This document shows positions 21,622 to 31,549 of a DNA stretch of 64,000 nt, in pieces. The stretch comes from Escherichia coli (GTDB lineage: Bacteria; Pseudomonadota; Gammaproteobacteria; Enterobacterales; Enterobacteriaceae), in the NCBI RefSeq assembly GCF_030013595.1, contig NZ_CP122768.1; one strand, written 5' to 3'. How positions within the stretch are numbered: position 1 is the stretch's first letter; every line of letters starts with the position of its first letter. Both the position numbers and the translations under genes were made by a program. Under the pieces are notes generated by a model. The model ran no database searches. It had not been told where the DNA came from and worked only from the letters and a program-made list of their open reading frames with translations.

Positions 21622-23265
21622 ATGTTGAAGCGCCTACTAAAAAGACCCTCTTTGAATTTACTCGCCTGGCTATTGTTGGCCGCTTTTTATATCTCTATCT
21701 GCCTGAATATTGCCTTTTTTAAACAGGTGTTACAGGCGCTGCCGCTGGACTCGCTGCATAACGTACTGGTTTTCTTGTCGATGCCGGTCGTCGCTTTCAG
21801 CGTGATTAATATTGTCCTGACACTAAGCTCTTTCTTATGGCTTAATCGACCGCTGGCCTGCCTGTTTATTCTGGTCGGCGCGGCTGCACAATATTTCATA
21901 ATGACTTACGGCATCGTCATCGACCGCTCGATGATTGCCAATATTATTGATACCACTCCGGCAGAAAGTTATGCGTTGATGACGCCACAAATGTTATTAA
22001 CGCTGGGATTCAGCGGCGTGCTTGCTGCGCTGATTGCCTGCTGGATTAAAATCAAACCTGCCGCCTCGCGCCTGCGCAGTGTTCTTTTCCGTGGAGCCAA
22101 TATTCTGGTTTCTGTACTGCTGATTTTGCTGGTCGCCGCACTGTTTTATAAAGACTACGCCTCATTGTTCCGCAACAACAAAGAGCTGGTGAAGTCCTTA
22201 AGCCCCTCTAATAGCATTGTTGCCAGCTGGTCATGGTACTCCCATCAGCGACTGGCAAATCTGCCGCTGGTGCGAATTGGAGAAGACGCGCACCGCAACC
22301 CATTAATGCAGAACGAGACACGTAAAAATTTGACCATCCTGATTGTCGGCGAAACCTCGCGGGCGGAGAACTTCTCCCTCAACGGCTACCCGCGTGAAAC
22401 TAACCCGCGGTTGGCGAAAGATAACGTGGTCTATTTCCCTAATACCGCATCTTGCGGCACGGCAACGGCAGTTTCAGTACCGTGCATGTTCTCGGATATG
22501 CCGCGTGAGCACTACAAAGAAGAGCTGGCACAGCACCAGGAAGGCGTGCTGGATATCATTCAGCGAGCGGGCATCAACGTGCTGTGGAATGACAACGATG
22601 GCGGCTGTAAAGGTGCCTGCGACCGCGTGCCTCACCAGAACGTCACCGCGCTGAATCTGCCTGGTCAGTGCATCAACGGCGAATGCTATGACGAAGTGCT
22701 GTTTCACGGGCTGGAAGAGTACATCAATAACCTGCAGGGTGATGGCGTGATTGTCTTACACACCATCGGCAGCCACGGTCCGACCTATTACAACCGCTAT
22801 CCGCCGCAGTTCAGGAAATTTACCCCTACCTGCGACACTAACGAGATCCAGACCTGTACCAAAGAGCAACTGGTGAACACTTACGACAACACGTTGGTTT
22901 ACGTCGACTATATTGTTGATAAAGCGATTAATCTGCTGAAAGAACATCAGGATAAATTCACCACCAGCCTGGTTTATCTTTCTGACCACGGTGAGTCGTT
23001 AGGTGAAAATGGCATCTATCTGCACGGTCTGCCTTATGCCATCGCCCCGGATAGCCAAAAACAGGTACCAATGCTGCTGTGGCTGTCGGAGGATTATCAA
23101 AAACGGTATCAGGTTGACCAGAACTGCCTGCAAAAACAGGCGCAAACGCAACACTATTCACAAGATAATTTATTCTCCACGCTATTGGGATTAACTGGCG
23201 TTGAGACGAAGTATTACCAGGCTGCGGATGATATTCTGCAAACTTGCAGGAGAGTGAGTGAATGA
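21622..23265 (+). CDS. eptA: Lipid A phosphoethanolamine transferase
   Basis: ORF track 21577..23265 begins at an upstream TTG; the ATG at 21622 ([14 protein letters not shown]) gives 547 aa; N-terminal TM helices plus sulfatase-like periplasmic domain; overlaps basR start. Confidence 0.9.
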   Translation: MLKRLLKRPSLNLLAWLLLAAFYISICLNIAFFKQVLQALPLDSLHNVLVFLSMPVVAFSVINIVLTLSSFLWLNRPLACLFILVGAAAQYFIMTYGIVIDRSMIANIIDTTPAESYALMTPQMLLTLGFSGVLAALIACWIKIKPAASRLRSVLFRGANILVSVLLILLVAALFYKDYASLFRNNKELVKSLSPSNSIVASWSWYSHQRLANLPLVRIGEDAHRNPLMQNETRKNLTILIVGETSRAENFSLNGYPRETNPRLAKDNVVYFPNTASCGTATAVSVPCMFSDMPREHYKEELAQHQEGVLDIIQRAGINVLWNDNDGGCKGACDRVPHQNVTALNLPGQCINGECYDEVLFHGLEEYINNLQGDGVIVLHTIGSHGPTYYNRYPPQFRKFTPTCDTNEIQTCTKEQLVNTYDNTLVYVDYIVDKAINLLKEHQDKFTTSLVYLSDHGESLGENGIYLHGLPYAIAPDSQKQVPMLLWLSEDYQKRYQVDQNCLQKQAQTQHYSQDNLFSTLLGLTGVETKYYQAADDILQTCRRVSE

Positions 23266-23930
23266 AAATTCTGATTGTTGAAGACGATACGCTGTTATTG
23301 CAGGGATTGATTCTGGCGGCGCAAACCGAAGGCTACGCGTGCGATGGCGTGACAACCGCGCGGATGGCGGAACAAAGCCTTGAGGCCGGTCATTACAGCC
23401 TGGTGGTACTGGATTTAGGGTTACCCGACGAAGATGGACTGCATTTTCTCGCCCGTATCCGGCAGAAAAAATACACCCTGCCGGTACTGATCCTCACCGC
23501 TCGCGATACGCTGACCGACAAAATCGCCGGGCTGGATGTCGGTGCCGATGACTATCTGGTGAAGCCTTTTGCGCTGGAAGAGTTACACGCCCGTATCCGC
23601 GCCCTGCTACGACGCCATAATAATCAGGGCGAAAGTGAGCTGATTGTTGGCAATCTGACGCTGAATATGGGTCGCCGTCAGGTATGGATGGGCGGTGAAG
23701 AGTTGATTCTGACGCCCAAAGAATATGCTCTGCTGTCACGGTTAATGCTCAAAGCAGGCAGTCCGGTGCATCGGGAAATTCTCTACAACGACATCTATAA
23801 CTGGGACAATGAACCCTCGACTAACACCCTGGAAGTGCATATCCACAATCTGCGCGACAAAGTGGGCAAAGCCCGTATCCGCACCGTGCGCGGATTTGGC
23901 TATATGCTGGTCGCGAATGAGGAAAACTAA
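23262..23930 (+). CDS. basR: Two-component response regulator BasR (PmrA), OmpR family
   Basis: ORF track 222 aa; receiver domain ([14 protein letters not shown]) plus winged-helix C-terminus; ATGA overlap with eptA. Confidence 0.93.
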   Translation: MKILIVEDDTLLLQGLILAAQTEGYACDGVTTARMAEQSLEAGHYSLVVLDLGLPDEDGLHFLARIRQKKYTLPVLILTARDTLTDKIAGLDVGADDYLVKPFALEELHARIRALLRRHNNQGESELIVGNLTLNMGRRQVWMGGEELILTPKEYALLSRLMLKAGSPVHREILYNDIYNWDNEPSTNTLEVHIHNLRDKVGKARIRTVRGFGYMLVANEEN

Positions 23931-23939
23931 TTGAATCTG

Positions 23940-25031
23940 ATGCGTTTTCTGCGCCGACCAATATCGCTGCGCCAACGGCTGATATTGACCATTGGGGCCA
24001 TTTTGTTGGTGTTTGAGCTGATCAGCGTCTTCTGGCTATGGCATGAAAGTACCGAGCAGATTCAGCTGTTTGAGCAGGCGCTACGCGACAATCGCAACAA
24101 CGATCGCCACATCATGCGTGAGATCCGCGAGGCGGTCGCCAGCCTGATCGTCCCCGGCGTCTTTATGGTCAGCCTGACGCTATTTATCTGCTATCAGGCG
24201 GTACGCCGCATCACCCGCCCGCTGGCGGAGCTGCAAAAAGAGCTGGAAGCGCGCACCGCCGACAACTTAACGCCCATTGCCATTCACAGCGCCACCCTCG
24301 AAATCGAAGCGGTGGTTTCGGCGTTAAACGATCTGGTCAGTCGCCTGACCAACACGCTGGATAACGAAAGGTTGTTTACCGCTGACGTCGCGCACGAACT
24401 GCGAACGCCACTGGCGGGGGGGCGTTTGCATCTGGAACTGCTGGCGAAAACGCATCACATTGATGTAGCACCGTTAGTGGCACGGCTTGATCAGATGATG
24501 GAGAGCGTCTCCCAGCTGCTGCAACTGGCGCGTGCCGGACAGTCATTTTCTTCCGGTAATTATCAACATGTAAAACTGCTGGAAGATGTCATTCTCCCCT
24601 CGTATGACGAACTCAGTACCATGCTCGACCAGCGACAGCAAACCCTGCTATTGCCAGAGAGCGCCGCCGACATCACCGTTCAGGGTGATGCAACCCTGCT
24701 GCGGATGTTATTGCGAAACCTGGTAGAAAACGCCCATCGTTACAGCCCGCAAGGCAGCAACATTATGATTAAGCTGCAAGAAGATGGCGGAGCGGTCATG
24801 GCTGTTGAAGATGAAGGACCGGGTATTGATGAGAGTAAATGCGGGGAGTTGAGTAAAGCATTTGTACGTATGGACAGCCGTTATGGCGGGATTGGTCTGG
24901 GGTTAAGTATTGTCAGCCGCATTACACAGTTGCATCACGGGCAGTTTTTCCTGCAAAACCAGCAAGAGACTTCCGGCACGCGGGCCTGGGTACGGCTGAA
25001 GAAAGATCAGTACGTGGCAAACCAGATATAA
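23940..25031 (+). CDS. basS: Sensor histidine kinase BasS (PmrB)
   Basis: ORF track 23931..25031 begins at TTG; the ATG at 23940 (MRFLRRPISL) gives 363 aa; two TM segments, H-box (ADVAHELRTP), HATPase motifs. Confidence 0.9.
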   Translation: MRFLRRPISLRQRLILTIGAILLVFELISVFWLWHESTEQIQLFEQALRDNRNNDRHIMREIREAVASLIVPGVFMVSLTLFICYQAVRRITRPLAELQKELEARTADNLTPIAIHSATLEIEAVVSALNDLVSRLTNTLDNERLFTADVAHELRTPLAGGRLHLELLAKTHHIDVAPLVARLDQMMESVSQLLQLARAGQSFSSGNYQHVKLLEDVILPSYDELSTMLDQRQQTLLLPESAADITVQGDATLLRMLLRNLVENAHRYSPQGSNIMIKLQEDGGAVMAVEDEGPGIDESKCGELSKAFVRMDSRYGGIGLGLSIVSRITQLHHGQFFLQNQQETSGTRAWVRLKKDQYVANQI

Positions 25032-25096
25032 AGAAAGCTGCTGACCACCAGCACGCTGAACACGGTAGTTAAACTTTCATAAACACGGTTTTTCAT
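25007..25096 (-). CDS. pmrR: Small membrane protein PmrR (29 aa), PmrA-regulated
   Basis: Not in ORF track. Hand translation of the minus strand from ATG at 25096 to TGA at 25007 gives MKNRVYESLTTVFSVLVVSSFLYIWFATY; its 3' end overlaps the basS 3' end by 25 bp in antisense. Confidence 0.8.
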   Translation of the reverse strand: MKNRVYESLTTVFSVLVVSSFLYIWFATY

Positions 25097-25140
25097 TGCA
25101 CTCTCCTCCGTTAACCTGGAGGAGAGTATGCGCGTCAGAG

Positions 25141-25157
25141 ATTAAGTGAACCTTAAG
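25141..25157 (-). promoter_or_regulatory. Putative PmrA (BasR) box upstream of pmrR
   Basis: Minus strand reads cttaag gttca cttaat, same half-site architecture as the eptA box, about 45-60 bp upstream of the pmrR ATG. Confidence 0.6.
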
Positions 25158-25166
25158 ACTTCAATT

Positions 25167-25195
25167 GGCCTGATAAGACAGCGTCACATCAGGCC
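25167..25195. repeat. REP-like palindromic unit between proP and pmrR
   Basis: ggcctgataagacagcgtcacatcaggcc read directly. Confidence 0.6.
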
Positions 25196-25207
25196 ATCCG
25201 TTTCAGC

Positions 25208-26710
25208 TTATTCATCAATTCGCGGATGTTGCTGCACCAGGCGGGTACGTTTCGCCTGCAAATCGGCAATCTCGTGGTCAATATCATCGATTTTCTGCTC
25301 GATATTATCGTAATGCTCGACGAGAATTTCCTTCGCTTCCTGTATATCTGACGCCGCCGGTGTCGCACCTTTCAACGGACGATTTGCCGTCTCTTTCATG
25401 GTTACGCCGGTGATTAAACCAACCACCGCCACTACCATCAGGTAATAGGCAGGCATCATCAGATTCTGCGAGCTTTCGACCAGCCAGGCCGCCAGTGTTG
25501 GCGTCAGACCGGCAACCAGCACCGAAATATTAAATGCCGCCGCCAGCGCGCTGTATCGGATATGCGTCGGGAACATCGCTGGCAAGGTAGAAGCCATAAC
25601 GCCCGTAAAGCAGTTAAGGATCACCGCCAGCATCAGTAACCCGGCAAAAATCAGGCCGATGACGTTACTGTTAATCAGAATAAACGCCGGGATCGCCAAC
25701 ACAAACAGTGCAACACTACCAAGAAGCACAAACGGACGACGGCCAAAACGGTCACTCAGCAAGCCCATCACCGGTTGAACAAACAGCATACCGATCATAA
25801 TAGCGATAATAATCAGCACCCCGTGGTCTTCGGAGTAATGCAGGTTATGCGACAAATAACTCGGCATATAGGTCAGCAACATGTAGTAAGTCACGTTGGT
25901 AGCAATTACCAGACCAATACATGTCAACAGGCTGCGCCAGTGTTTGGTGGCAATCTCTTTAAACGAGACTTTCGGGCCATCCTGCAAACCTTCGCGGTCG
26001 CCCTGTTCCAGTTTATCAACATGCTGCTGGAACGCCGGAGTCTCTTCCAGCGCATGGCGCAGGTAAAGCCCGATAATCCCTAACGGCAGAGCAATAAAGA
26101 ACGGAATACGCCAGCCCCAGTCGAGGAAGTTCGCTTCGCCGACAATGGTCGAAATTAACACCACCACGCCCGCACCCAGCACAAACCCGGCAATAGAACC
26201 GAAGTCCAGCCAGCTGCCCATAAATCCACGTTTACGGTCAGGGGAGTATTCCGCAACAAATATCGACGCCCCGGTATATTCACCGCCGACCGAGAAACCT
26301 TGTGCCATCTTACAGATCAACAGCAGAATCGGTGCCCAAATACCAATCGTGTCGTAGGACGGTATTAAGCCAATACAGAAGGTACTGATCGACATAATCA
26401 CAATAGTGATAGCGAGGATCTTCTGGCGACCATATTTATCGCCCAACATACCAAAGAAGAGTCCACCAAGCGGTCGAATCAGAAAGGGAACGGAGAAAGT
26501 GGCAAGTGCAGCAACCATCTGCACGCTGGGGTCAGCCCCCGGGAAAAAAACTTTACCTAATGCGTAAGCAACAAAACCATAAACACCAAAATCAAACCAT
26601 TCCATTGCATTACCCAGTGATGCTGCGGTAATGGCTTTACGCAGTTTACCGTCATCAATAATGGTGACATCACGAAGGGTAATTGGTTTTACTTTTTTCC
26701 TTTTCAGCAT
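25208..26710 (-). CDS. proP: Proline/glycine betaine:H+ symporter, osmosensing MFS transporter
   Basis: ORF track 25208..26743; the ATG at 26710 (MLKRKKVKPITLRD) gives 500 aa; MFS signature and C-terminal coiled-coil tail (DIDHEIADLQAKRTRLVQQH). Confidence 0.92.
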   Translation of the reverse strand: MLKRKKVKPITLRDVTIIDDGKLRKAITAASLGNAMEWFDFGVYGFVAYALGKVFFPGADPSVQMVAALATFSVPFLIRPLGGLFFGMLGDKYGRQKILAITIVIMSISTFCIGLIPSYDTIGIWAPILLLICKMAQGFSVGGEYTGASIFVAEYSPDRKRGFMGSWLDFGSIAGFVLGAGVVVLISTIVGEANFLDWGWRIPFFIALPLGIIGLYLRHALEETPAFQQHVDKLEQGDREGLQDGPKVSFKEIATKHWRSLLTCIGLVIATNVTYYMLLTYMPSYLSHNLHYSEDHGVLIIIAIMIGMLFVQPVMGLLSDRFGRRPFVLLGSVALFVLAIPAFILINSNVIGLIFAGLLMLAVILNCFTGVMASTLPAMFPTHIRYSALAAAFNISVLVAGLTPTLAAWLVESSQNLMMPAYYLMVVAVVGLITGVTMKETANRPLKGATPAASDIQEAKEILVEHYDNIEQKIDDIDHEIADLQAKRTRLVQQHPRIDE

Positions 26711-26973
26711 AGCTTTCCTCGCAGAGTTGGCCCATTTCCGCAAACGCCAGAAAAATCAGCGCGACGGCCGCAAAAGGGGAGCGGGAATTGCAGGATGCAA
26801 TCTCTGTAACAAGCGTAGCGGGTTTGCTTACACCCTCCGGTTAAGGAATGTACAATCAAACCAGTTGACGCCTGAATTGGGCAGTTAATGACCTTTTTAC
26901 CCTACCAGTGTTTAAATTTGTGATCAACTTCACACATGTATTTCGTTTAGGACTCATTGGTGTAACTGATTAT

Positions 26974-27852
26974 TTACACCAGATTTACAGAGAAGATTTC
27001 CTCGACCATTGCCCCCGCCAGACGCTGCGCTGAACAGAGTCGTGGCATCCCCAGTGCGACAGTTCGCCAGCGTTGGGTCACTGACCAGCAAACGGGTTGT
27101 TTATCTGCCGTGGTCCACTTTCCCAGCCAACTTAAAAAATCAGCATGATCCCCGCCCGTCGGAATGGTCGAAGAGGCAAACCACTGATGGTAATAGTGAC
27201 GCGTGGTCGGTGCCGCATTGATACTCTCTGCCAGATGTTGTGTCGCTTTCTCGCGCAAATCACCCAGCAACAACGCCACCGCTTGCGGGCTTCCCAGACG
27301 GCAGGCATCGCCAAATGCCCCCCAGCGCAACTCCTCCAGAACGATAAAACAGCGCCCAGGCAACGACCAGGCGTTATACGCCCCAGCACGCCAGCGGGTA
27401 AAAATTTGCTCGCTCTGTTCACCCGCCTGCACCAGTAGGCCTCGTTGCGTTAACGCCTTTTCCTTCCAGCGACAACGGGCTGAAAACCACTCATACAAGG
27501 CGGCAATTTGCTGGGGGAGCTCAGGGAAAGCAGAGTGCTGGCGGTGATCCATTTTTTGCAGCAGCGCCAGATGCTGCGCGATCTGCGTCAGCGCCAGATG
27601 ACCGGGATCCAGCATCGACGCCAGTTTTTCCACCAATGTCAGACGCAGGCTAAGCGGCGCATTTAACATCCCGCCGTTCGTCCATGCCTGAAGCTGCACA
27701 CGCGCAAGAAGTTCCTGCATCAGTCGTTCACGAAACTGCTGCTGATGGGCTTGTGGATGGCGGGCATCATCGCCCTGCGCCAGATCCACTAAAAAGCGCG
27801 GATGAACCGACTCCAGCACGCGACCGGGGCCGTCCAGTAACGTCTTGGTCAA
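26974..27852 (-). CDS. yjcZ: Uncharacterised protein, co-oriented and start-overlapping with crfC
   Basis: ORF track 292 aa; start is a TTG overlapping the crfC stop (TTGA), suggesting translational coupling. Confidence 0.8.
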   Translation of the reverse strand: MTKTLLDGPGRVLESVHPRFLVDLAQGDDARHPQAHQQQFRERLMQELLARVQLQAWTNGGMLNAPLSLRLTLVEKLASMLDPGHLALTQIAQHLALLQKMDHRQHSAFPELPQQIAALYEWFSARCRWKEKALTQRGLLVQAGEQSEQIFTRWRAGAYNAWSLPGRCFIVLEELRWGAFGDACRLGSPQAVALLLGDLREKATQHLAESINAAPTTRHYYHQWFASSTIPTGGDHADFLSWLGKWTTADKQPVCWSVTQRWRTVALGMPRLCSAQRLAGAMVEEIFSVNLV

Positions 27853-30077
27853 TATCGTTCTGCCGTGAAAAGTGTTTGAATATCATCGCGTAACAGCTGA
27901 GCGTCGGTGTAAATCCAGCTGTGAGTCATCACAGCCTGCTGCAATTGCTGCTGCATCAGCCTGACCACCGATTCATTTTGTTGACGCAGAGCCAGGCTTT
28001 CGCGTAAACGCGTCTGTAATTCCGTCAAACATGAAGCGAACTCAGCGAAAAAAGTATTCATGCCTGCCGTAACAGATTCATCGACCTGCTCTGCCAGAAC
28101 TTTAGCCATTTGTTGGCAATAAAGATCGACTTCTGCGCTTAATGCTCGTTGCAACACACTGTAATCAACCGTCTCTGTCGGGGATTTCTCATTTCCCCGT
28201 CCCCAGTCGGGCTGATTCAACCAGCGCGAAAAAGTCTCACGCACAACGCCTAAACGCGTGCTCTGCTCGTCCGTTGCTTCCTGGCGCGAAATGACTTCAC
28301 TGAACAGCTGGCGAGTGTTGAAGTGGGGAACTACGCCGTGAAAAACAGGAAAATGAAACCCAGGACGAAACCCTGACTCGCTCAATTCCATTTTGATTTG
28401 TTGCTCAATGGGGCGAATAACATCGGTTAACACCCGGCAAAGGGTGGATTCCAGCTCGGCAAAACGCAGCGTAAAGTCGCGACTGATGGTGTTCTGCGCC
28501 GTCTGTAACAGTGTCTCACAGCGGGTACGAATCTCGCTTAACGGCTCCGAATCATCCTGAAACAAGGCGGCAAACTGCGCATTCAGCGCATCTTGCTGTT
28601 GACGCAGAAAGTGGTTGGCGGAGGTCAGGGCCAGCTCGATTTCATGTTTAATCTCGCCGCTCACCTGCGCCTGATTGAGTTGCAATAGCTGCAAACTTTC
28701 TTCGACCTGATGGATATTTTGCCGCAATTGTTCACAAGCGACGTTTAACCCGTGCGCACGAAAATCCAGGTATTCCCGCGCCTGCTGCGCGTAATTCAAC
28801 AGTTTATGCGCGGCAGATCGCAGAGCATACAACGAGGCGTTAGCGTAAGCGGCATGAAGCAACGCCTGAATTGGCTGGGCGAACAGCGAATCTTCCCACA
28901 ACTGATCGGCAGCATGACGAATATGTTCGAGGTCCGCCAGATCGGCATGACGCCAGCGCCTGCCGAGCGCGGCATGGGCAAAATCTTCCACCCAGCGTTG
29001 TTGCTCTGGCGGTGGTAACTTACCGTTGTTGGCTAACTCATGGCGCGCCCGATTCGCCAGGTAGCCCCACATCGACGACACCGGAAATATCTGCTGTGGC
29101 GTAATACAGCCTTTCATCAGCGTCCCGGAAATCAGTGCCCGCACCTGGTCGGCGTCGTCACTGTTACGATCCTGTTGATCGAACTTATTGACCAGCACAT
29201 ACAGCGGCACCGATTGCCCCACCGCCAAAATCGCCTCACGGACCTCTTCATCGGAGATCGATTTCAGTTGCGTATAATCCAGCACCGCCAGTACCGCCGA
29301 GGCGCGAGCCAGCTGCTGGTTAAGCATTTTTTGCAGATGCGGTTGCCCGGCTTCATTTGGCCCGGGGGTATCCAGTAACGTCAACTGACCGGGATAACTC
29401 TCCAGCCCCGCCAGATGGACAAACTCCACTTCAATCACGGGAATATGCTCAATGGCGGCGTAAGCAGAAAAAGGAAAATCGACGTCCAGCGCCTTCGCCA
29501 GTCGCACCAAATCATTCAAACTTTTCAGACAATGAAAAATAGGCTGGGCACCCAGATAATATTTTTCGAAAGCGACGCCATTTTCGATCCGCTGCATAAG
29601 CGCACGCATATCTTTATCTATTTCCAGCACATCGGTCAGATGCTTAATATCGCAATCACGCAGGCGCTGTTGTAATTTTTGAATTAAACAATCGATTGGC
29701 GCGACATGTGAAAAATGCAGTACCGGTTCCTTTTGCCCGGGCGTATGGCGAATAAGCGTCGGCAGCGCAGTCATTGGGCGATTACGATTAGGCAGAACCT
29801 CCGTACCAACAATGGCATTAATGGTGGTTGATTTCCCTGCTTTCATGGTACCGACAATCGCCAGCACCATTTCCAGTCGGGAAATTTTACGCAACTCATT
29901 ATTCAGCATCGCGTGACGTTCGGCGATATTAGGCTGACTCCAGGGTAAAGCCAGTTGTGGCGCATCGTCTCCGGGGACAGAGAGAGGCATTTTTTCCAGT
30001 AACTGCAACTGTTGGCGAGAAAGCTGTAACAGGCGTTCAGCCTCCTGACTTAACTCATACAGGGTCTGTGTGTACAT
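27849..30077 (-). CDS. crfC: Bacterial dynamin-like GTPase (clamp-binding sister replication fork colocalisation protein)
   Basis: ORF track 742 aa, ATG at 30077 (MYTQTLYELSQ); P-loop GTMKAGKST; long predicted coiled-coil regions; recalled as YjdA/CrfC. Confidence 0.88.
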   Translation of the reverse strand: MYTQTLYELSQEAERLLQLSRQQLQLLEKMPLSVPGDDAPQLALPWSQPNIAERHAMLNNELRKISRLEMVLAIVGTMKAGKSTTINAIVGTEVLPNRNRPMTALPTLIRHTPGQKEPVLHFSHVAPIDCLIQKLQQRLRDCDIKHLTDVLEIDKDMRALMQRIENGVAFEKYYLGAQPIFHCLKSLNDLVRLAKALDVDFPFSAYAAIEHIPVIEVEFVHLAGLESYPGQLTLLDTPGPNEAGQPHLQKMLNQQLARASAVLAVLDYTQLKSISDEEVREAILAVGQSVPLYVLVNKFDQQDRNSDDADQVRALISGTLMKGCITPQQIFPVSSMWGYLANRARHELANNGKLPPPEQQRWVEDFAHAALGRRWRHADLADLEHIRHAADQLWEDSLFAQPIQALLHAAYANASLYALRSAAHKLLNYAQQAREYLDFRAHGLNVACEQLRQNIHQVEESLQLLQLNQAQVSGEIKHEIELALTSANHFLRQQQDALNAQFAALFQDDSEPLSEIRTRCETLLQTAQNTISRDFTLRFAELESTLCRVLTDVIRPIEQQIKMELSESGFRPGFHFPVFHGVVPHFNTRQLFSEVISRQEATDEQSTRLGVVRETFSRWLNQPDWGRGNEKSPTETVDYSVLQRALSAEVDLYCQQMAKVLAEQVDESVTAGMNTFFAEFASCLTELQTRLRESLALRQQNESVVRLMQQQLQQAVMTHSWIYTDAQLLRDDIQTLFTAERY

Positions 30078-30478
30078 AGAAAATTCTTCCTTAAAGCAAA
30101 TTTTGTTACTTTTATTTAGCCAGATTGTTTTTGAGTTCTGTTTTCGGCTTTTATAATTACTGCAAGAAATAATTTTATATTTAGAGTGTTGTTTTTTATT
30201 AGAATAAATAACGTCTTCCGATACGTTTAAAACGTCAGAAAGATAAAAATATCATTTGAATTAAAAAAAGAACAAGTAGAGCATTAACCTTATCTTAAAT
30301 AATAAATGGAGGCAAAAAGATTATTTTCTTTTTGCGTTTCCTTTCAAATGAAAACGATCGTCGTCTAAAATCAGCAGTACCCCCGACAAACTCAGGGATT
30401 TTGTGTATAATTGCGGCCTTTTTCGGCAATCTGCCGTTTTTTGGCGCTTTTGCCCTGCTGACTTTTGAGGAAATCCAC

Positions 30479-30814
30479 ATGTCATTACCACACTGCCCAA
30501 AATGCAACTCCGAATACACCTACGAAGATAACGGCATGTACATCTGCCCGGAATGTGCCTACGAATGGAACGACGCAGAACCTGCACAGGAAAGCGACGA
30601 GCTGATCGTTAAAGATGCTAACGGCAATCTGCTGGCTGACGGCGACAGCGTTACCATCATTAAAGATCTGAAGGTGAAAGGTAGCTCTTCGATGCTGAAA
30701 ATTGGCACCAAAGTGAAAAACATCCGCCTGGTTGAAGGCGACCATAACATCGATTGCAAAATCGACGGTTTTGGTCCGATGAAACTGAAATCTGAGTTTG
30801 TGAAAAAGAACTGA
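30479..30814 (+). CDS. yjdM: Zinc-ribbon protein PhnA/YjdM (alkylphosphonate utilisation-associated)
   Basis: ORF track 30332..30814 starts at an upstream alternative codon; the ATG at 30479 ([26 protein letters not shown]) gives 111 aa with a CxxC...CxxC zinc ribbon. Confidence 0.9.
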
Positions 30815-30832
30815 TTGTATTGTGATCGGTAA

Positions 30833-30908
30833 GCCGGATAAGGCGCTCGCGCCGCATCCGGCAACGATGCCGACAGCCTGATGCGACGCTGACCGCGTCT
30901 TATCAGGC
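30833..30908. repeat. REP elements (two units) between yjdM and yjdN
   Basis: gccggataaggcgctcgcgccgcatccggc and gcctgatgcgacgctgaccgcgtcttatcaggc read directly. Confidence 0.7.
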
Positions 30909-30973
30909 TTCCCTCTCATCTGTATAAATTTCGAACTACACTTAACTGGCTTCTCTTAACTGAGGTCACCATC

Positions 30974-31417
30974 ATGCCGTTAAGTCCCTACCTCTCTTTT
31001 GCCGGTAACTGTGCCGACGCAATTGCTTATTATCAACGTACGTTGGGCGCTGAACTGCTCTATAAAATCAGCTTCGGCGAAATGCCAAAATCAGCGCAGG
31101 ACAGCGCCGAGAACTGCCCTTCCGGAATGCAATTTCCCGATACCGCCATCGCCCACGCCAATGTGCGCATTGCCGGAAGCGATATCATGATGAGCGATGC
31201 TATACCGTCAGGAAAAGCCAGCTACTCCGGCTTTACGCTGGTGCTCGATTCGCAACAGGTCGAAGAAGGAAAACGCTGGTTTGACAACCTTGCCGCTAAC
31301 GGAAAAATCGAAATGGCCTGGCAGGAAACTTTCTGGGCGCATGGCTTCGGCAAAGTCACCGATAAATTTGGCGTACCGTGGATGATTAATGTCGTCAAAC
31401 AACAACCAACGCACTAA
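30974..31417 (+). CDS. yjdN: VOC/glyoxalase-fold protein PhnB/YjdN
   Basis: ORF track 147 aa, ATG start; position between yjdM and phnC. Confidence 0.88.
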   Translation: MPLSPYLSFAGNCADAIAYYQRTLGAELLYKISFGEMPKSAQDSAENCPSGMQFPDTAIAHANVRIAGSDIMMSDAIPSGKASYSGFTLVLDSQQVEEGKRWFDNLAANGKIEMAWQETFWAHGFGKVTDKFGVPWMINVVKQQPTH

Positions 31418-31443
31418 CCCGCCGGGAGGGCCGCCCTCCCGCA

Positions 31444-31505
31444 CTGTCATCGAAATCTCGTTAACTCTTCATCCGTTAGTCACTTTTAGTTAACAAAATC
31501 GTCAC
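31444..31505 (+). promoter_or_regulatory. Putative Pho box array of the phnC promoter
   Basis: 11-bp-phased 7-mers resembling CTGTCAT (ctgtcat cgaa atctcgt ...; tagtcac tttt agttaac aaaa tcgtcac) 45-105 bp upstream of the phnC ATG. Exact boxes not verified. Confidence 0.5.
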
Positions 31506-31549
31506 AATAATCCGCCACGATGGAGCCACTTTTTTAGGGAGGCTGCATC

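Noticed and set aside
30332-30478. Upstream extension of yjdM and overlapping small ORFs in 30295..30920
   Set aside because: The conserved zinc-ribbon protein begins at the ATG at 30479; the extension starts at a non-ATG codon with no RBS, and the overlapping minus-strand ORFs have low-complexity translations.
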